Positions 1-11,774 of a stretch of DNA of 64,000 nt are shown piece after piece (within the stretch, counting starts at the first letter, position 1; the number at the start of each line of letters is the position of its first letter). A program made the translations under genes and the position numbers. Origin of the DNA: Actinomycetota bacterium (GTDB lineage Bacteria > Actinomycetota > Acidimicrobiia > Acidimicrobiales > Ilumatobacteraceae); contig JAUSLV010000011.1 in assembly GCA_030645495.1 (NCBI GenBank), forward strand, positions 256,659 through 320,658, in the 5' to 3' direction. A model generated the notes under the pieces. It saw nothing but the letters and a program-made list of their open reading frames with translations, did no database searches and was not told the DNA's origin.

Positions 1-1
1 C

Positions 2-274
2 TTCGTGGTGAAATACTTCGACGGTAATGGCGACGCGACGTTCGACGCCGACAGCGGCGTGAACCACGAGCGCACCGAGGTGCGCAACGAACAGGGCGAA
101 CCCAAGCAGGTCGACCTGTGGACCGGGTGCTACACCCCGCGTGAGCTGCGGGTGTTGTGCCGCAACGCGGGGCTGACGGTCGACTCGATCTCCAGCGTCG
201 AACCGGGGGCCTACGGCAGGGAAACGCCCACCGTGGAATCACCTGAATTCCTGGTGCTGGCGCACCGTCACTAG
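2..274 (+). CDS. 3' end of a gene that starts upstream of the window (C-terminal fragment, function unknown)
   Basis: The open frame runs from the window edge to a stop at 274. Only 89 aa are visible and no motif is recognised. Confidence 0.4.
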   Translation, partial: FVVKYFDGNGDATFDADSGVNHERTEVRNEQGEPKQVDLWTGCYTPRELRVLCRNAGLTVDSISSVEPGAYGRETPTVESPEFLVLAHRH

Positions 275-360
275 TGCCAACGGCCCAGGTGGGCTGCTAT
301 CGTGCCGGGGTCCGGAATCCGCCGGGCTCTTCTGTGTTGTTGTTCGAAAGCGATCGTCCC

Positions 361-1683
361 TTGTCCGATACCACTACCACCTCATCCTCGACCGAGTCCA
401 CCTGGGGCACGTTCGACGACGAGGGCAACTACACCCCCCGCCAGATCGTCGCCGACGACCTTGGCATGTCCTTCGCCGAAGCCATCTCCGGCACGATGGT
501 CGACGTCGAAGACGGTCAGCTCGTCAACGGCACGGTCGTCAAGGTCGACAAGGACGAAGTGCTGCTCGACATCGGCTACAAGAGCGAGGGCGTCATCCCC
601 GCTCGCGAGCTCAGCATCCGCAACGACGTGGATCCCGCCGACATCGTGTCGCTGGGCGACAAGGTCGAAGCCCTCGTCCTCACCAAGGAGGACAAGGAAG
701 GCCGCCTGGTGCTGTCCAAGAAGCGCGCTCAGTACGAGCGCGCGTGGGGCACCATCGAAAAGATCAAGGAAGCCGACGGCACCGTCGAGGGTCCGGTCAT
801 CGAGGTCGTCAAGGGCGGTCTCATCGTCGACATCGGCTTGCGTGGCTTCCTGCCCGCATCGCTGGTCGAGCTGCGCCGTGTGCGCGATCTCCTCCCGTAC
901 GTCGGCAAGACCGTGCAGGCCAAGATCATCGAGCTCGACAAGAACCGCAACAACGTTGTGCTCAGCCGCCGCGCCTTCCTGGAAGAGACGCAGAAGGAAA
1001 GCCGCGACAGCTTCCTCACCAACCTCAAGCCGGGCGAGATCCGCGAGGGTGTTGTCAGCAGCGTCGTGTCGTTCGGTGCGTTCGTCGACCTCGGCGGTAT
1101 GGACGGCCTGATCCACGTCAGCGAGCTGTCGTGGAAGCATGTCGATCACCCGGGTGCTGTGGTCGCCGTGGGCGACAAGGTCACGGTGCAGGTGCTCGAT
1201 GTCGACTTCGATCGCGAGCGCATCAGCCTGTCGCTGAAGGCCACCCAGCAGGATCCGTGGCAAGAGTTCGCCTCCACCCACGAGGTCGGCCAGCTGGTCT
1301 ACGGCCGTGTCACCAAGCTCGTGCCGTTCGGCGGTTTCGTGCAGGTGGGCGACGGCATCGAGGGTTTGGTGCACATCTCCGAGATGTCCACCCACCACGT
1401 GGATGCTCCCGAGCAGGTTGTCACCCCGGGCGAAGAGCTGTGGGTCAAGATCATCGATCTCGACCTGGCCCGTCGCCGCATCAGCCTCTCGATCAAGCAG
1501 GCCGCCGAGGGCGGCGAGCTGGCCGAGGAGTACCGCCAGCACTTCGAGATCGACGAGCACGGCAACTGGGCTGCCGGCCAGGACGACGCCGAGCGCGAAG
1601 CCGCGTGGGCCGAGTACTACGAGGCCAACCCCGACGAGGCGCCGGGCGCGCAGGGTGGTCCCGAGGCTCCGGCCGAAGGCTGA
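361..1683 (+). CDS. rpsA: 30S ribosomal protein S1
   Basis: Repeated S1 domains are present, with the typical actinobacterial S1 N-terminus and an acidic C-terminal tail. The start is uncertain: the ORF opens at 274 and a TTG at 361 is chosen. Confidence 0.9.
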   Translation: MSDTTTTSSSTESTWGTFDDEGNYTPRQIVADDLGMSFAEAISGTMVDVEDGQLVNGTVVKVDKDEVLLDIGYKSEGVIPARELSIRNDVDPADIVSLGDKVEALVLTKEDKEGRLVLSKKRAQYERAWGTIEKIKEADGTVEGPVIEVVKGGLIVDIGLRGFLPASLVELRRVRDLLPYVGKTVQAKIIELDKNRNNVVLSRRAFLEETQKESRDSFLTNLKPGEIREGVVSSVVSFGAFVDLGGMDGLIHVSELSWKHVDHPGAVVAVGDKVTVQVLDVDFDRERISLSLKATQQDPWQEFASTHEVGQLVYGRVTKLVPFGGFVQVGDGIEGLVHISEMSTHHVDAPEQVVTPGEELWVKIIDLDLARRRISLSIKQAAEGGELAEEYRQHFEIDEHGNWAAGQDDAEREAAWAEYYEANPDEAPGAQGGPEAPAEG

Positions 1684-1814
1684 TCGACCACTGAGTCACC
1701 CGCCGGGCCACGTGTTCGGCACCGCACATCGAAAGAGGGGTACGGCGGGCGGCCGTGCCCCTCTTCCGCGTCTGCAGCAGGTGCGCGACGGGCTGCGGCG
1801 CTACGGTGCCCTCC

Positions 1815-2468
1815 ATGATTCTGGTGGGGCTGACGGGCGGTATCGGGTCGGGCAAGTCGACGGTGAGTGCGGCCTTGGCCGAGCGCGGCGCGGTGATCAT
1901 CGACGCCGATGCGATCGGCCGCGAGCTGCAGCAACCGGGCCAGCCACTGCTGCGCACGCTGGCCGATCGGTTCGGCGAACAGATCATCACGGCCGATGGC
2001 GCGCTCGATCGGCCGGCGCTGGCAGCCATTGCCTTCGGCGACCCCGACGCGCTGAAGGACCTGAACGCGATCGTGCATCCCGTCATCGGTGCCGAGGTGG
2101 GGCGGCGCATCGTCGAGGCTGCGCACACCGAACAGGTGGTGGTGATGGACATTCCGCTGCTCACCGAGAACCCTCGTGAGGGCCTGCAGGGCATCATCGT
2201 GATCGACGTGCCGGAGGAGATCCAGGTGCATCGCCTGGTGACCTTCCGCGGGTTCACCGAGGCCGACGCCCGCGCCCGCATCGCTCAGCAGGCCAGCCGT
2301 GAAGCGCGGCTGGCCACTGCCACGTTCGTGATCGACAACAGCGGCGACCTCGCCGCGCTGGCGCCGCAGATCGAGGCGCTGTGGCAGTGGGTGACCGCCC
2401 TGCCGCAGCTGGCTGCGGGCGAAACCGGCCTGCGCGCCGACGGTGTGGGCGGCGGCGCTACCAGCTGA
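1815..2468 (+). CDS. coaE: dephospho-CoA kinase (kinase domain only, no C-terminal UPF0157 extension)
   Basis: The P-loop sequence MILVGLTGGIGSGKST starts at the internal ATG at 1815. The protein ends ...GVGGGATS* inside a 25-bp repeat. Confidence 0.9.
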   Translation: MILVGLTGGIGSGKSTVSAALAERGAVIIDADAIGRELQQPGQPLLRTLADRFGEQIITADGALDRPALAAIAFGDPDALKDLNAIVHPVIGAEVGRRIVEAAHTEQVVVMDIPLLTENPREGLQGIIVIDVPEEIQVHRLVTFRGFTEADARARIAQQASREARLATATFVIDNSGDLAALAPQIEALWQWVTALPQLAAGETGLRADGVGGGATS

Positions 2469-2475
2469 GCCGGGC
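2450..2475. repeat. Direct repeat copy 1 (GGCGGCGCTACCAGCTGAGCCGGGC), covering the last 6 codons, stop and 3' flank of coaE
   Basis: It is an exact 25-nt match to 3348..3373, read directly from the sequence. Coordinates are +/-1. Confidence 0.9.
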
Positions 2476-2516
2476 GACGAACGAAGCTGCGCGCACCCCT
2501 TCGGTACAGTGACGCT

Positions 2517-2786
2517 GTGACTCCCGCTCCCGCGTCTGCCATCCCGGCCGACACCACCGCTGAAGCGTGGCGGGCGCAGATGCGTGCCCTGGCGGCCATG
2601 ACCCCGGCACAGCGCCTGGCGATGTGGGAGCAGCTGAACGACCAGCTCGAACAGATGGAGGTGCACGCCGTCAGCCGCCAGCACCCCACCTTCAGCGAAC
2701 ACGAACTGCAGGTTGAACTCATTCGGCGTCGGCACGGCGAGGCCCTCACCCACGCGTGGCTCACCAACGCACCGCGGGTCACTTGA
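2517..2786 (+). CDS. small helical hypothetical protein (89 aa) with a C-terminal RRRHGEALTH (Rx6H, HEPN-like) motif; candidate partner or antitoxin of the downstream nucleotidyltransferase
   Basis: The ORF has a GTG start. Its stop overlaps the next gene's ATG (TGATG at 2784-2788), suggesting translational coupling. No confident family assignment is made. Confidence 0.55.
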   Translation: MTPAPASAIPADTTAEAWRAQMRALAAMTPAQRLAMWEQLNDQLEQMEVHAVSRQHPTFSEHELQVELIRRRHGEALTHAWLTNAPRVT

Positions 2787-3364
2787 TGGGCCTGGTCGCT
2801 GCTTTTCGCCACGTCGCAACTGCGCTCGAAGCAGCAGCAGTCGACTACGTGGTCGTCGGATCAGCAGCCGCAGCAGCCTGGGGTGTGATTCGCTCCACCC
2901 GAGACATCGATCTGGTGATGGTGGTGACGGAAGGTTCGGCCGCCGCGTTGTTGGAAGGTTTGATCGACGCCGACTTCTATGTCCCCGTCAACGCGGCCGC
3001 CGAAGCACTTGCCGGCGGAGGATCGTTCAATGTCCTGCACCCGGCCACGGGTGGGAAGGTCGACGTCTTCGTCTGCCCGGCGAACGACCAGTTCGAGGTC
3101 CAACGCATTGCGCGCCGGGTTCGGATGGAGGTGTTCGGCGTCGGCTCTTGGGTTGCGACACCAGAGGATGTGGTGTTGTCGAAACTCCGTTGGCGGCTCG
3201 AATCGCAATCCGACGTGCAATGGCGCGACTGCGTCGAGCTTGCTGCGGTGCACACCCTCGACCGCAGGCATCTTCGCGTGTGGGCCGAGCGCCTCGGGAT
3301 CACTCCCGACCTCGACGCGTTGCTCGATCAGGTCGACACCGCTGGTGGCGGCGCTACCAGCTGA
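2786..3364 (+). CDS. nucleotidyltransferase-fold protein (GrpB/UPF0157-like or MNT/MenT-like), 192 aa
   Basis: The sequence VVVGSAAAAAWGVIRSTRDIDLV fits the hG[GS]x9-13DhD nucleotidyltransferase motif. The C-terminal PEDVVLSKLRWRL resembles GrpB. The protein ends ...GGGATS* in the second copy of the repeat. Confidence 0.6.
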   Translation: MGLVAAFRHVATALEAAAVDYVVVGSAAAAAWGVIRSTRDIDLVMVVTEGSAAALLEGLIDADFYVPVNAAAEALAGGGSFNVLHPATGGKVDVFVCPANDQFEVQRIARRVRMEVFGVGSWVATPEDVVLSKLRWRLESQSDVQWRDCVELAAVHTLDRRHLRVWAERLGITPDLDALLDQVDTAGGGATS

Positions 3365-3373
3365 GCCGGGCCA
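3348..3373. repeat. Direct repeat copy 2 (GGCGGCGCTACCAGCTGAGCCGGGC)
   Basis: It is an exact 25-nt match to 2450..2475. It spans the 3' ends of the nucleotidyltransferase gene (+) and of the GNAT gene (-). Confidence 0.9.
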
Positions 3374-4367
3374 ACGCCTCGCCCTCCACCACGTCGCCGG
3401 TGGGCACGAACCCGAAGCGGAGGTAGAGGGGCCGCGGGCTGCCGACGTGTTCGCGGTACGACACGGTGAGGCTGCGAGCGCCGGCCGCCTGGGTGCGCTC
3501 GGCCACCAGTTGCAGTACCTGTGTGCCGATGCCGCGCCGTTGGTGCCGACGGTCGATGAGCAGGCGCCACAGATATGGCTCGTCGGTGAGGTCGTTGCGA
3601 TCCGCCAATTGCACGAAGCCCACCGGCTCGCCATCGGCCTCGATGCCGAGCGACTGCGACACGAATGGCAGGCCGCGTACCTGTAGTGGCACCGCTGCCT
3701 GGGCGAGCGATGCCTCCACCGGGCGCACGAACCGTTGTTGCGAGTGGTGTGTCGCCAATGCCAGGTACGCATCGATGTTGTCGCCATCGAGGGCGACCAA
3801 CCGAACACCGCTCGCCGGCGACAGGGTGCGCTCGCGCCATGCCGCGCGCTGCGGGGCGAGGAGCGAGTAGCGCAGGTCGTCGACCCAGTCGCCGCCGGAG
3901 ATGAACGCATCGTGCACCAGCGACTCGAACTGGAACCCCACCGACTCGACCACCCTCATCGACGCGACGTTGCGCGGGTCGAGCGACGCCTCGAACCGGT
4001 GCACGCCGTGTGCGCACAGCGCATCGACCACAGCGGCAACAGCCTCGCCGGCGAAGGCGTGGCCCTGATGGGCGCGAGCGATCGTGTACCCGACCGTCGC
4101 TGTGCGGCCGTCGACCGACAGGCCGACCGCGACGTCGCCCACCATCTGCCCTGCGTGGTCGACCGCCAACTGCACCCACACCCCTGGTGACGGACCATTG
4201 AGTGCCTCCTGGCTGGCGGCCAGCGCATCCCCGTGACCCTCGGTGTAGGGGAGCGGCCAGTCCTGGTAGTGAGCGACTTCTGTGTCGTTGCGGTAGCCGA
4301 CGAAGGCGGGCAGGTCGGCGGCGCGCAACATCCGCACCGTCAGCCTGGTCGTGTGCAGCGGGAGCAT
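3354..4367 (-). CDS. tandem-GNAT N-acetyltransferase (two GNAT domains)
   Basis: Two acetyl-CoA binding cores are present, including RRGIGTQV, plus a RimL-like N-terminal domain. The supplied ORF extends to 4793 but that part is antisense to uvrB. A start at 4367 or 4400 is chosen. Confidence 0.7.
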   Translation of the reverse strand: MLPLHTTRLTVRMLRAADLPAFVGYRNDTEVAHYQDWPLPYTEGHGDALAASQEALNGPSPGVWVQLAVDHAGQMVGDVAVGLSVDGRTATVGYTIARAHQGHAFAGEAVAAVVDALCAHGVHRFEASLDPRNVASMRVVESVGFQFESLVHDAFISGGDWVDDLRYSLLAPQRAAWRERTLSPASGVRLVALDGDNIDAYLALATHHSQQRFVRPVEASLAQAAVPLQVRGLPFVSQSLGIEADGEPVGFVQLADRNDLTDEPYLWRLLIDRRHQRRGIGTQVLQLVAERTQAAGARSLTVSYREHVGSPRPLYLRFGFVPTGDVVEGEALARLSW

Positions 4368-4393
4368 GACGCGACGATAGCGATGGCACGGCA

Positions 4394-4407
4394 CGAACAT
4401 CCGTTCG
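4394..4407. promoter_or_regulatory. candidate LexA/SOS box CGAACATCCGTTCG (GAAC-N4-GTTC palindrome) immediately upstream of uvrB
   Basis: It matches the actinobacterial SOS-box core TCGAAC-N4-GTTCGA. It lies in the divergent GNAT/uvrB intergenic region. Confidence 0.45.
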
Positions 4408-4415
4408 GCGCTATC

Positions 4416-6443
<2,028 letters not shown>

Positions 6444-6446
6444 GCG

Positions 6447-8114
6447 TCAGACCGCGTTGGCCAGCGGCGCCGACATCATCGGGCCCAGCGAGCCGGCCGG
6501 CTGGGGGACCGCAAACAGGTAGCCCTGGCCCAGCGTGCAGCCGATGCCCACCAGGTGCCCTCGCTGCATCTCGGTCTCGATGCCCTCGGCCACCACGGTG
6601 AGGTGGCCCTTCGTGGCCACTTCCACCATCGCCTGCACCACCGTGCTGGCGCGGTCACCAGCAACCACCTGGGCGGTGAATCGCCGGTTCAGCTTCACGC
6701 CATGGATCGGAAGCGCCGACAGCGTCTCCAGCGAGGCGAACCCCGAGCCGAAGTCGTCGAGCATCAGTTGCACGCCGAGCTCACTGACCTGTGCCAGTTC
6801 TTGGCGCAGTTGCACGGGCAGGTCGGACGCCTGGCGTTCGCTGATCTGCACCATCACGGACCCCGGCCGAATGTCGTGTTTGGCCAGACCTTCGACGATC
6901 GAGTCGAGCACGCTGGTCTCGACCTGTTTGTCGAACTCGAACGTCACGGCCAGCTGGAGCGAGGGGGAGATGTGGCGGAACTCACTGAGCACCGAGAGCC
7001 CGTCGTCGAGCATGCGAACGAACAGCGAACGCAGCAGTCCGGCTTCGCGCAGGGTCGGCAGGAACTCGTCGGGTCCGCGGACGCCTTCGTTGGTCTGCCA
7101 CCTGGCCAGCGCTTCGATCGCCATCACCTCGCCGGAGTGCAGGTTCACGATCGGTTGGAAGTAGGCCTTGATCTCGCCCGCTTCCATTGCATCGACGAGC
7201 GCTGCGGTGTCGGCGGATTTGGCCGTGTCGGTCTCCAGCGGGTGGCGAGTGCTGTCGATCGCGGCTTCTGCGGCGGCGAGTGCGCCACCGAGCCCGGTCT
7301 CGGGTCGGCGTCGGCCGACACCGGTGGCAACCGCCGTGCCCACCACGCCGACCCTGCCGAGTGCCTCGTGAATGCTGCGTGTGAGGCGCTCGGTCGCTTC
7401 TTCGTCGACGCCGATCAGGAGGGCGCCGAACCGATCGCCGGTGAGGCGTGCGGCGTAGTGCCGGCCGGTCAGTACGGCTCGTACTGCAGCGCCGGCGATA
7501 CGCAGTTCCTCGTCACCGGCCGAGTGGCCGTGGAGCTCGTTGTAGTGCTTCAGCTCGGTCAGCTCGATGACGATCACCGATGCCTGCTCGCCGAACTCGA
7601 GGCAGAAGTGGTCGTCGACGCGGACCCGACGCTCCCACCCTTGGCGAGTGCCGAGGCCGGTGAGCGGATCGGTCTCGCCGTCGGCGATCTCGTTGAACCG
7701 ATGCTGGTCGGCGAGGAGGATCTCCGTGTCGGCGAGGGCGCCCAGCAGACTGGCGAACACCTGCAGGGTGGGGGCGATGCTGGCGATGCTGGCCGCCCGC
7801 TCGCGCGGGTCGAATCCGACGAGCTCGCCGAACGGGCTGCCGTCGGGGCACCGCACCGGTGCGCACGCCCAGTGGTCGCTGCTGCGGCTGATCGGGGCGG
7901 GGAGTGTCTCGTGTACGTGAATCTCGCCACGTGGGTCGAACACCGCAAGGGTGTAACTGCCCTCCGCGTCGTACCGGCACAGTGCCCACGTTCCGAGATC
8001 GGAGTGCTCCGAGAGGTGTTGGAGTACGGCCTGCGTGGCGCGACCGAAGTTGCTGTCGGTGCTTGCGCCGATGCTCATGTACTTACTATCGGTGCCGATC
8101 ACGCCCAACTTCAA
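6447..8114 (-). CDS. signalling protein with sensor N-terminus, degenerate GGDEF (TGDRF) and intact EAL domain (likely c-di-GMP phosphodiesterase)
   Basis: [15 protein letters not shown] opens the GGDEF domain and [11 protein letters not shown] replaces RxGGDEF. The EAL domain shows YFQPIV, EALARW and DDFGSG motifs. Confidence 0.75.
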   Translation of the reverse strand: MKLGVIGTDSKYMSIGASTDSNFGRATQAVLQHLSEHSDLGTWALCRYDAEGSYTLAVFDPRGEIHVHETLPAPISRSSDHWACAPVRCPDGSPFGELVGFDPRERAASIASIAPTLQVFASLLGALADTEILLADQHRFNEIADGETDPLTGLGTRQGWERRVRVDDHFCLEFGEQASVIVIELTELKHYNELHGHSAGDEELRIAGAAVRAVLTGRHYAARLTGDRFGALLIGVDEEATERLTRSIHEALGRVGVVGTAVATGVGRRRPETGLGGALAAAEAAIDSTRHPLETDTAKSADTAALVDAMEAGEIKAYFQPIVNLHSGEVMAIEALARWQTNEGVRGPDEFLPTLREAGLLRSLFVRMLDDGLSVLSEFRHISPSLQLAVTFEFDKQVETSVLDSIVEGLAKHDIRPGSVMVQISERQASDLPVQLRQELAQVSELGVQLMLDDFGSGFASLETLSALPIHGVKLNRRFTAQVVAGDRASTVVQAMVEVATKGHLTVVAEGIETEMQRGHLVGIGCTLGQGYLFAVPQPAGSLGPMMSAPLANAV

Positions 8115-8158
8115 CTGAACTTGAAGATTTCCGCAGAGAGTGAAGACCCCACCGGGGG

Positions 8159-8171
8159 GAACACGTGTTCG
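8159..8171. promoter_or_regulatory. candidate LexA/SOS box GAACACGTGTTCG about 90 bp upstream of uvrA, in the divergent region shared with the GGDEF/EAL gene
   Basis: It is a perfect GAAC-N4-GTTC palindrome with a G on the 3' side. Confidence 0.4.
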
Positions 8172-8258
8172 TGCTGCGTGCTATCCTCTGGATCGTGGTG
8201 TCGCACACCCGGTTCGTTCCCAGCTTCGTCCGCCTCGTCGATCGGTAGCCTCCCGCCC

Positions 8259-11129
8259 ATGCCCCCTGCACCCGAAGCCAAGATCATCGTCAGGGGAGCG
8301 CGTGAGCACAACCTGAAGAACGTGAGCGTCGATCTGCCGCGCGACCGGCTGATCGTGTTCACCGGGCTCTCGGGGTCGGGGAAGAGCAGCCTGGCGTTCG
8401 ACACCATCTACGCCGAGGGTCAACGCCGCTACGTCGAATCCCTCAGCGCGTACGCCCGGCAGTTCCTCGGCCAGATGGACAAGCCCGATGTCGATGTGAT
8501 CGAGGGCCTCTCGCCGGCCATCTCCATCGACCAGAAGAGTGCCAGCCGCAACCCCCGCTCCACCGTCGGCACGATCACCGAGGTCTACGACTACCTGCGG
8601 CTGCTGTTCGCCCGCGTGGGCGTGCAGCATTGCCCCACCGACGGCACGCGCCTGCAGCGGCAAACGCCGTCGCAGATCGTCGATCGCATCTTATTGTTGC
8701 CCGATGGCACCCGCTTCCAAGTGTTGGCCCCCGTGGTGCGCGGGCGCAAGGGCGAGTACAGCACCCTGCTGGAAGACCTCGTGGCGCAGGGCTTCGTGCG
8801 CGCCCGTGTCGACGGCGAGGTGGTCGACATGGCCGAGTTCCTCAAGCGCGACGAGAAGCTGGCCCGTTACGAGCAGCACAAGATCGAGATCATCGTCGAT
8901 CGGCTGGTGCGTCGCGACGGCATCGAGCGGCGCCTCACCGACTCGCTGGAGACCGCCCTCAAGCTGGCCGACGGCGTTGCCGAGGTCGAGCTGGTTGCCC
9001 GCGACGATGCCGGTGTCGACACGGTGGAAGGCGAAACGCTCACGTTCAGCCAGCACCTCGCCTGCCCCAAGTGCGGCACCAGCTTCGACGAGCCGGCGCC
9101 GCGCAACTTTTCGTTCAACTCGCCCTACGGTGCGTGCGAGGCGTGCCTCGGCCTGGGCACCACGTTCGAGGTGGATCCCGAACTGCTGATCCCCGACCCC
9201 GACATGTCGATCAACGGCGGCGCCATTGCCCCATGGCGCACCAGCAACACGCAGTACTTCACGCGCATGCTCGAGGCAGTGGCGCACGAGTACGGGTTCG
9301 ATCTCGACAAGCCCTACCGCTCGCTCACCGCCAAGCAGCAGAAGATCGTGATGCACGGCGTCGATGGCAACCTGAAGGTGAAGTACAAGAACCGCTACGG
9401 CCGCGTGCGCGAGTACTCCACCGCGTACGAAGGCGTGGTGCCGTGGCTGAACCGTCGCCGCGAAGGTGCCGAGAGCGACTGGGCCCGCGAGCAGTACGAG
9501 GGCTACATGCGCGAGGTTCCGTGCCCGAAGTGCAACGGCGCGCGGCTCAAGCCCTCCACGCTGGCGGTCACCGTGAACGACAAGAACATCGCCGAGGTGT
9601 CCGAGATGTCGATCGGCGAGTCGTCGGCGTTCCTTGCCGGCCTCGAGCTGGGCGAGCGCGATCGGTTGATCGCCGAGCGCGTCACCAAGGAGATCAACGC
9701 CCGCCTCGGCTTCCTGCTCGATGTCGGGCTCGACTACCTGTCGCTCGCCCGTTCGGCGGGCACGTTGGCCGGCGGCGAGGCGCAACGCATTCGCCTTGCC
9801 AGCCAGATCGGCAGCGGCCTGGTGGGCACGCTCTACGTGCTCGACGAACCCTCGATCGGCCTGCACCAACGCGACAACCGGCGCCTCATCGACACGCTGC
9901 TGCGGCTGCGCGACCTGGGCAACACCGTGTTGGTGGTCGAGCACGACGAAGACACGATTCGCGAGGCCGACTGGCTGGTCGATATCGGGCCCGGCGCCGG
10001 CGAGCACGGTGGTGAGGTGGTGTACAGCGGCCCGGTGAAGGGCGTCCTGAAGGTGAAGGAATCGATCACCGGCCAGTACCTCAGCGGCAAGCGCAGTGTG
10101 CCCGTGCCGCAGCAGCGGCGCGAGCCCGGCCTGCAATGGCTGGAGATCAACGGCGCCCGCGAACACAACTTGCAGAACCTCAACGTGAGGCTGCCGCTCG
10201 GCTGTTTCGTCGCGATCACCGGGGTCAGTGGCAGCGGCAAGAGCACGTTGGTGCGCGACATCCTGCTGCCCGTGCTGATGCAGCGGATCTACAAGTCGAA
10301 GTCGGCGGCTGGCAAGCACAAGAACATCAAGGGCATCGAGTTCCTCGACAAGGTCATCGACATGGACCAGTCGCCCATCGGCCGCACACCGCGCAGCAAC
10401 CCGGCCACGTACATCGGGGTGTTCGACAACATCCGCAAGCTGTTCGCCACCACCGCCGAGGCCAAGGTGCGCGGCTACATGCCCGGCCGGTTCAGCTTCA
10501 ACGTGGCCGGTGGCCGCTGCGAGGCCTGCTCGGGCGACGGCACGATCAAGATCGAGATGCACTTCCTGCCCGATGTCTACGTGCCGTGCGAGGTGTGCAA
10601 GGGCGCGCGCTACAACCGCGACACGCTCGATATCCAGTTCAAGGGCAAGAACATCGCCGAGGTGCTCGACATGCCGGTGGCCGAGGCCGTCGACTTCTTC
10701 AGCAACCAACCGGCCATCCACCGCCACATGCAGACGCTGATGGACGTGGGGCTGGGCTATGTGCGCCTCGGCCAATCGGCGCCCACGTTGTCGGGTGGCG
10801 AGGCACAGCGCGTGAAGCTGTCCAGCGAGTTGGCCAAGCGCAACACCGGCCACACCATCTACCTGCTCGACGAGCCCACCACCGGTCTGCACTTCGAAGA
10901 CGTGCGCCGCCTGCTCACCGTGCTGTCGCGGCTGGTCGACCAGGGCAACACCGTGCTCGTCATCGAGCACAATCTCGACGTGATCAAGACCGCCGACTGG
11001 GTGGTCGACCTCGGCCCCGAGGGCGGCAGCGGCGGCGGGTTGGTGATCGCCGAAGGCAGCCCCGAGGCCGTGGCCAAGGTTGCCGCCAGCCACACCGGAA
11101 GGTTCCTACGGCCGCTGCTCGAAGGTTGA
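8259..11129 (+). CDS. uvrA: excinuclease ABC subunit A
   Basis: The N-terminus [22 protein letters not shown] is typical, and two ABC ATPase modules and zinc-finger CxxC pairs are present. The supplied ORF from 6555 is an upstream antisense extension. Confidence 0.93.
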   Translation: MPPAPEAKIIVRGAREHNLKNVSVDLPRDRLIVFTGLSGSGKSSLAFDTIYAEGQRRYVESLSAYARQFLGQMDKPDVDVIEGLSPAISIDQKSASRNPRSTVGTITEVYDYLRLLFARVGVQHCPTDGTRLQRQTPSQIVDRILLLPDGTRFQVLAPVVRGRKGEYSTLLEDLVAQGFVRARVDGEVVDMAEFLKRDEKLARYEQHKIEIIVDRLVRRDGIERRLTDSLETALKLADGVAEVELVARDDAGVDTVEGETLTFSQHLACPKCGTSFDEPAPRNFSFNSPYGACEACLGLGTTFEVDPELLIPDPDMSINGGAIAPWRTSNTQYFTRMLEAVAHEYGFDLDKPYRSLTAKQQKIVMHGVDGNLKVKYKNRYGRVREYSTAYEGVVPWLNRRREGAESDWAREQYEGYMREVPCPKCNGARLKPSTLAVTVNDKNIAEVSEMSIGESSAFLAGLELGERDRLIAERVTKEINARLGFLLDVGLDYLSLARSAGTLAGGEAQRIRLASQIGSGLVGTLYVLDEPSIGLHQRDNRRLIDTLLRLRDLGNTVLVVEHDEDTIREADWLVDIGPGAGEHGGEVVYSGPVKGVLKVKESITGQYLSGKRSVPVPQQRREPGLQWLEINGAREHNLQNLNVRLPLGCFVAITGVSGSGKSTLVRDILLPVLMQRIYKSKSAAGKHKNIKGIEFLDKVIDMDQSPIGRTPRSNPATYIGVFDNIRKLFATTAEAKVRGYMPGRFSFNVAGGRCEACSGDGTIKIEMHFLPDVYVPCEVCKGARYNRDTLDIQFKGKNIAEVLDMPVAEAVDFFSNQPAIHRHMQTLMDVGLGYVRLGQSAPTLSGGEAQRVKLSSELAKRNTGHTIYLLDEPTTGLHFEDVRRLLTVLSRLVDQGNTVLVIEHNLDVIKTADWVVDLGPEGGSGGGLVIAEGSPEAVAKVAASHTGRFLRPLLEG

Positions 11130-11160
11130 CGCTCGGCTGGCTTCCGTCTACCTTGGTGGC

Positions 11161-11361
11161 ATGGTTACGAAGACGGCGCTCAACATCGACAAGGAGAAGG
11201 TGCGGCGCGCCGCTGAGGTGCTGGGCACCAAGGGCACCACTGCCACCATCGACGCGGCCCTCACCGAGATCATCGTCCGCGAGGGTCGTGCCCGGTTGCT
11301 CGACCGCATGCGCACGCTCACCGACGAAGAGGCCGGCGCCATCCTCCACAGCTGGGACTGA
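11161..11361 (+). CDS. vapB: type II antitoxin VapB-like
   Basis: This 66-aa protein begins MVTKTALNIDKEK. Its stop and the vapC start overlap (TGATG). Confidence 0.65.
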   Translation: MVTKTALNIDKEKVRRAAEVLGTKGTTATIDAALTEIIVREGRARLLDRMRTLTDEEAGAILHSWD

Positions 11362-11774
11362 TGGCCACCCACCTGATCGACAAGTCGGCGTGGGTGCGGC
11401 TGCGTCATCCCGAGGTGCTGCACCGGCACAGCGAAGCGCTGCTCGCGGGGCGGATCGCGAGTTCAGGAGTGCTGATGCTGGAGGTGTTGGTGTCGGCACG
11501 TTCCGCTGCCGACTTCGATGATGTTCGTCTCAACCTGTCGCTGATGCCGCGCGTGGCGGTCACGGAAGCGCTCATCGATCGTGCGCTCGACGTGCAAGGG
11601 CTGATGGTGCGTGCCGGGACACATCGCGCCGCGTCCCCGGCCGACCTGGTGCTGGCCGCGTGCGCCGAGGCGAACGGCCTGACAGTGCTGCACTACGACA
11701 AGGACTTCGACCTGATCGCGGAAGTGACGGGGCAGCCCACCGAGTGGATCGCTCCGCAAGGCTCGCTCGCGTGA
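11361..11774 (+). CDS. vapC: PIN-domain ribonuclease toxin VapC
   Basis: A PIN fold is indicated by HLIDKS and DLVLAACAEANGLTVLHYDKDF. It lies immediately after the small antitoxin gene. Confidence 0.7.
   Translation: MATHLIDKSAWVRLRHPEVLHRHSEALLAGRIASSGVLMLEVLVSARSAADFDDVRLNLSLMPRVAVTEALIDRALDVQGLMVRAGTHRAASPADLVLAACAEANGLTVLHYDKDFDLIAEVTGQPTEWIAPQGSLA

Noticed and set aside
302-1694. Alternative-frame ORFs inside rpsA (269 aa and 316 aa, Ser/Arg-rich)
   Set aside because: They are out-of-frame overlaps of a conserved ribosomal protein gene. Their composition is low-complexity.
6555-8258. N-terminal 568 codons of the supplied 1524-aa + ORF, i.e. a 'giant UvrA'
   Set aside because: This portion is antisense to the GGDEF/EAL gene and is low-complexity. 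Genuine UvrA homology and a canonical N-terminus begin at the ATG at 8259.
8691-11093. 800-aa minus-strand ORF opposite uvrA, 735-aa ORF opposite the peptide-binding-protein gene (22179-24386), 765-aa ORF opposite the flotillin gene (30767-33064), and 695-aa ORF opposite the carboxyltransferase (42874-44961)
   Set aside because: All are antisense shadows of well-supported genes, with His/Arg/Gly/Ala-rich junk composition and no recognisable domains.
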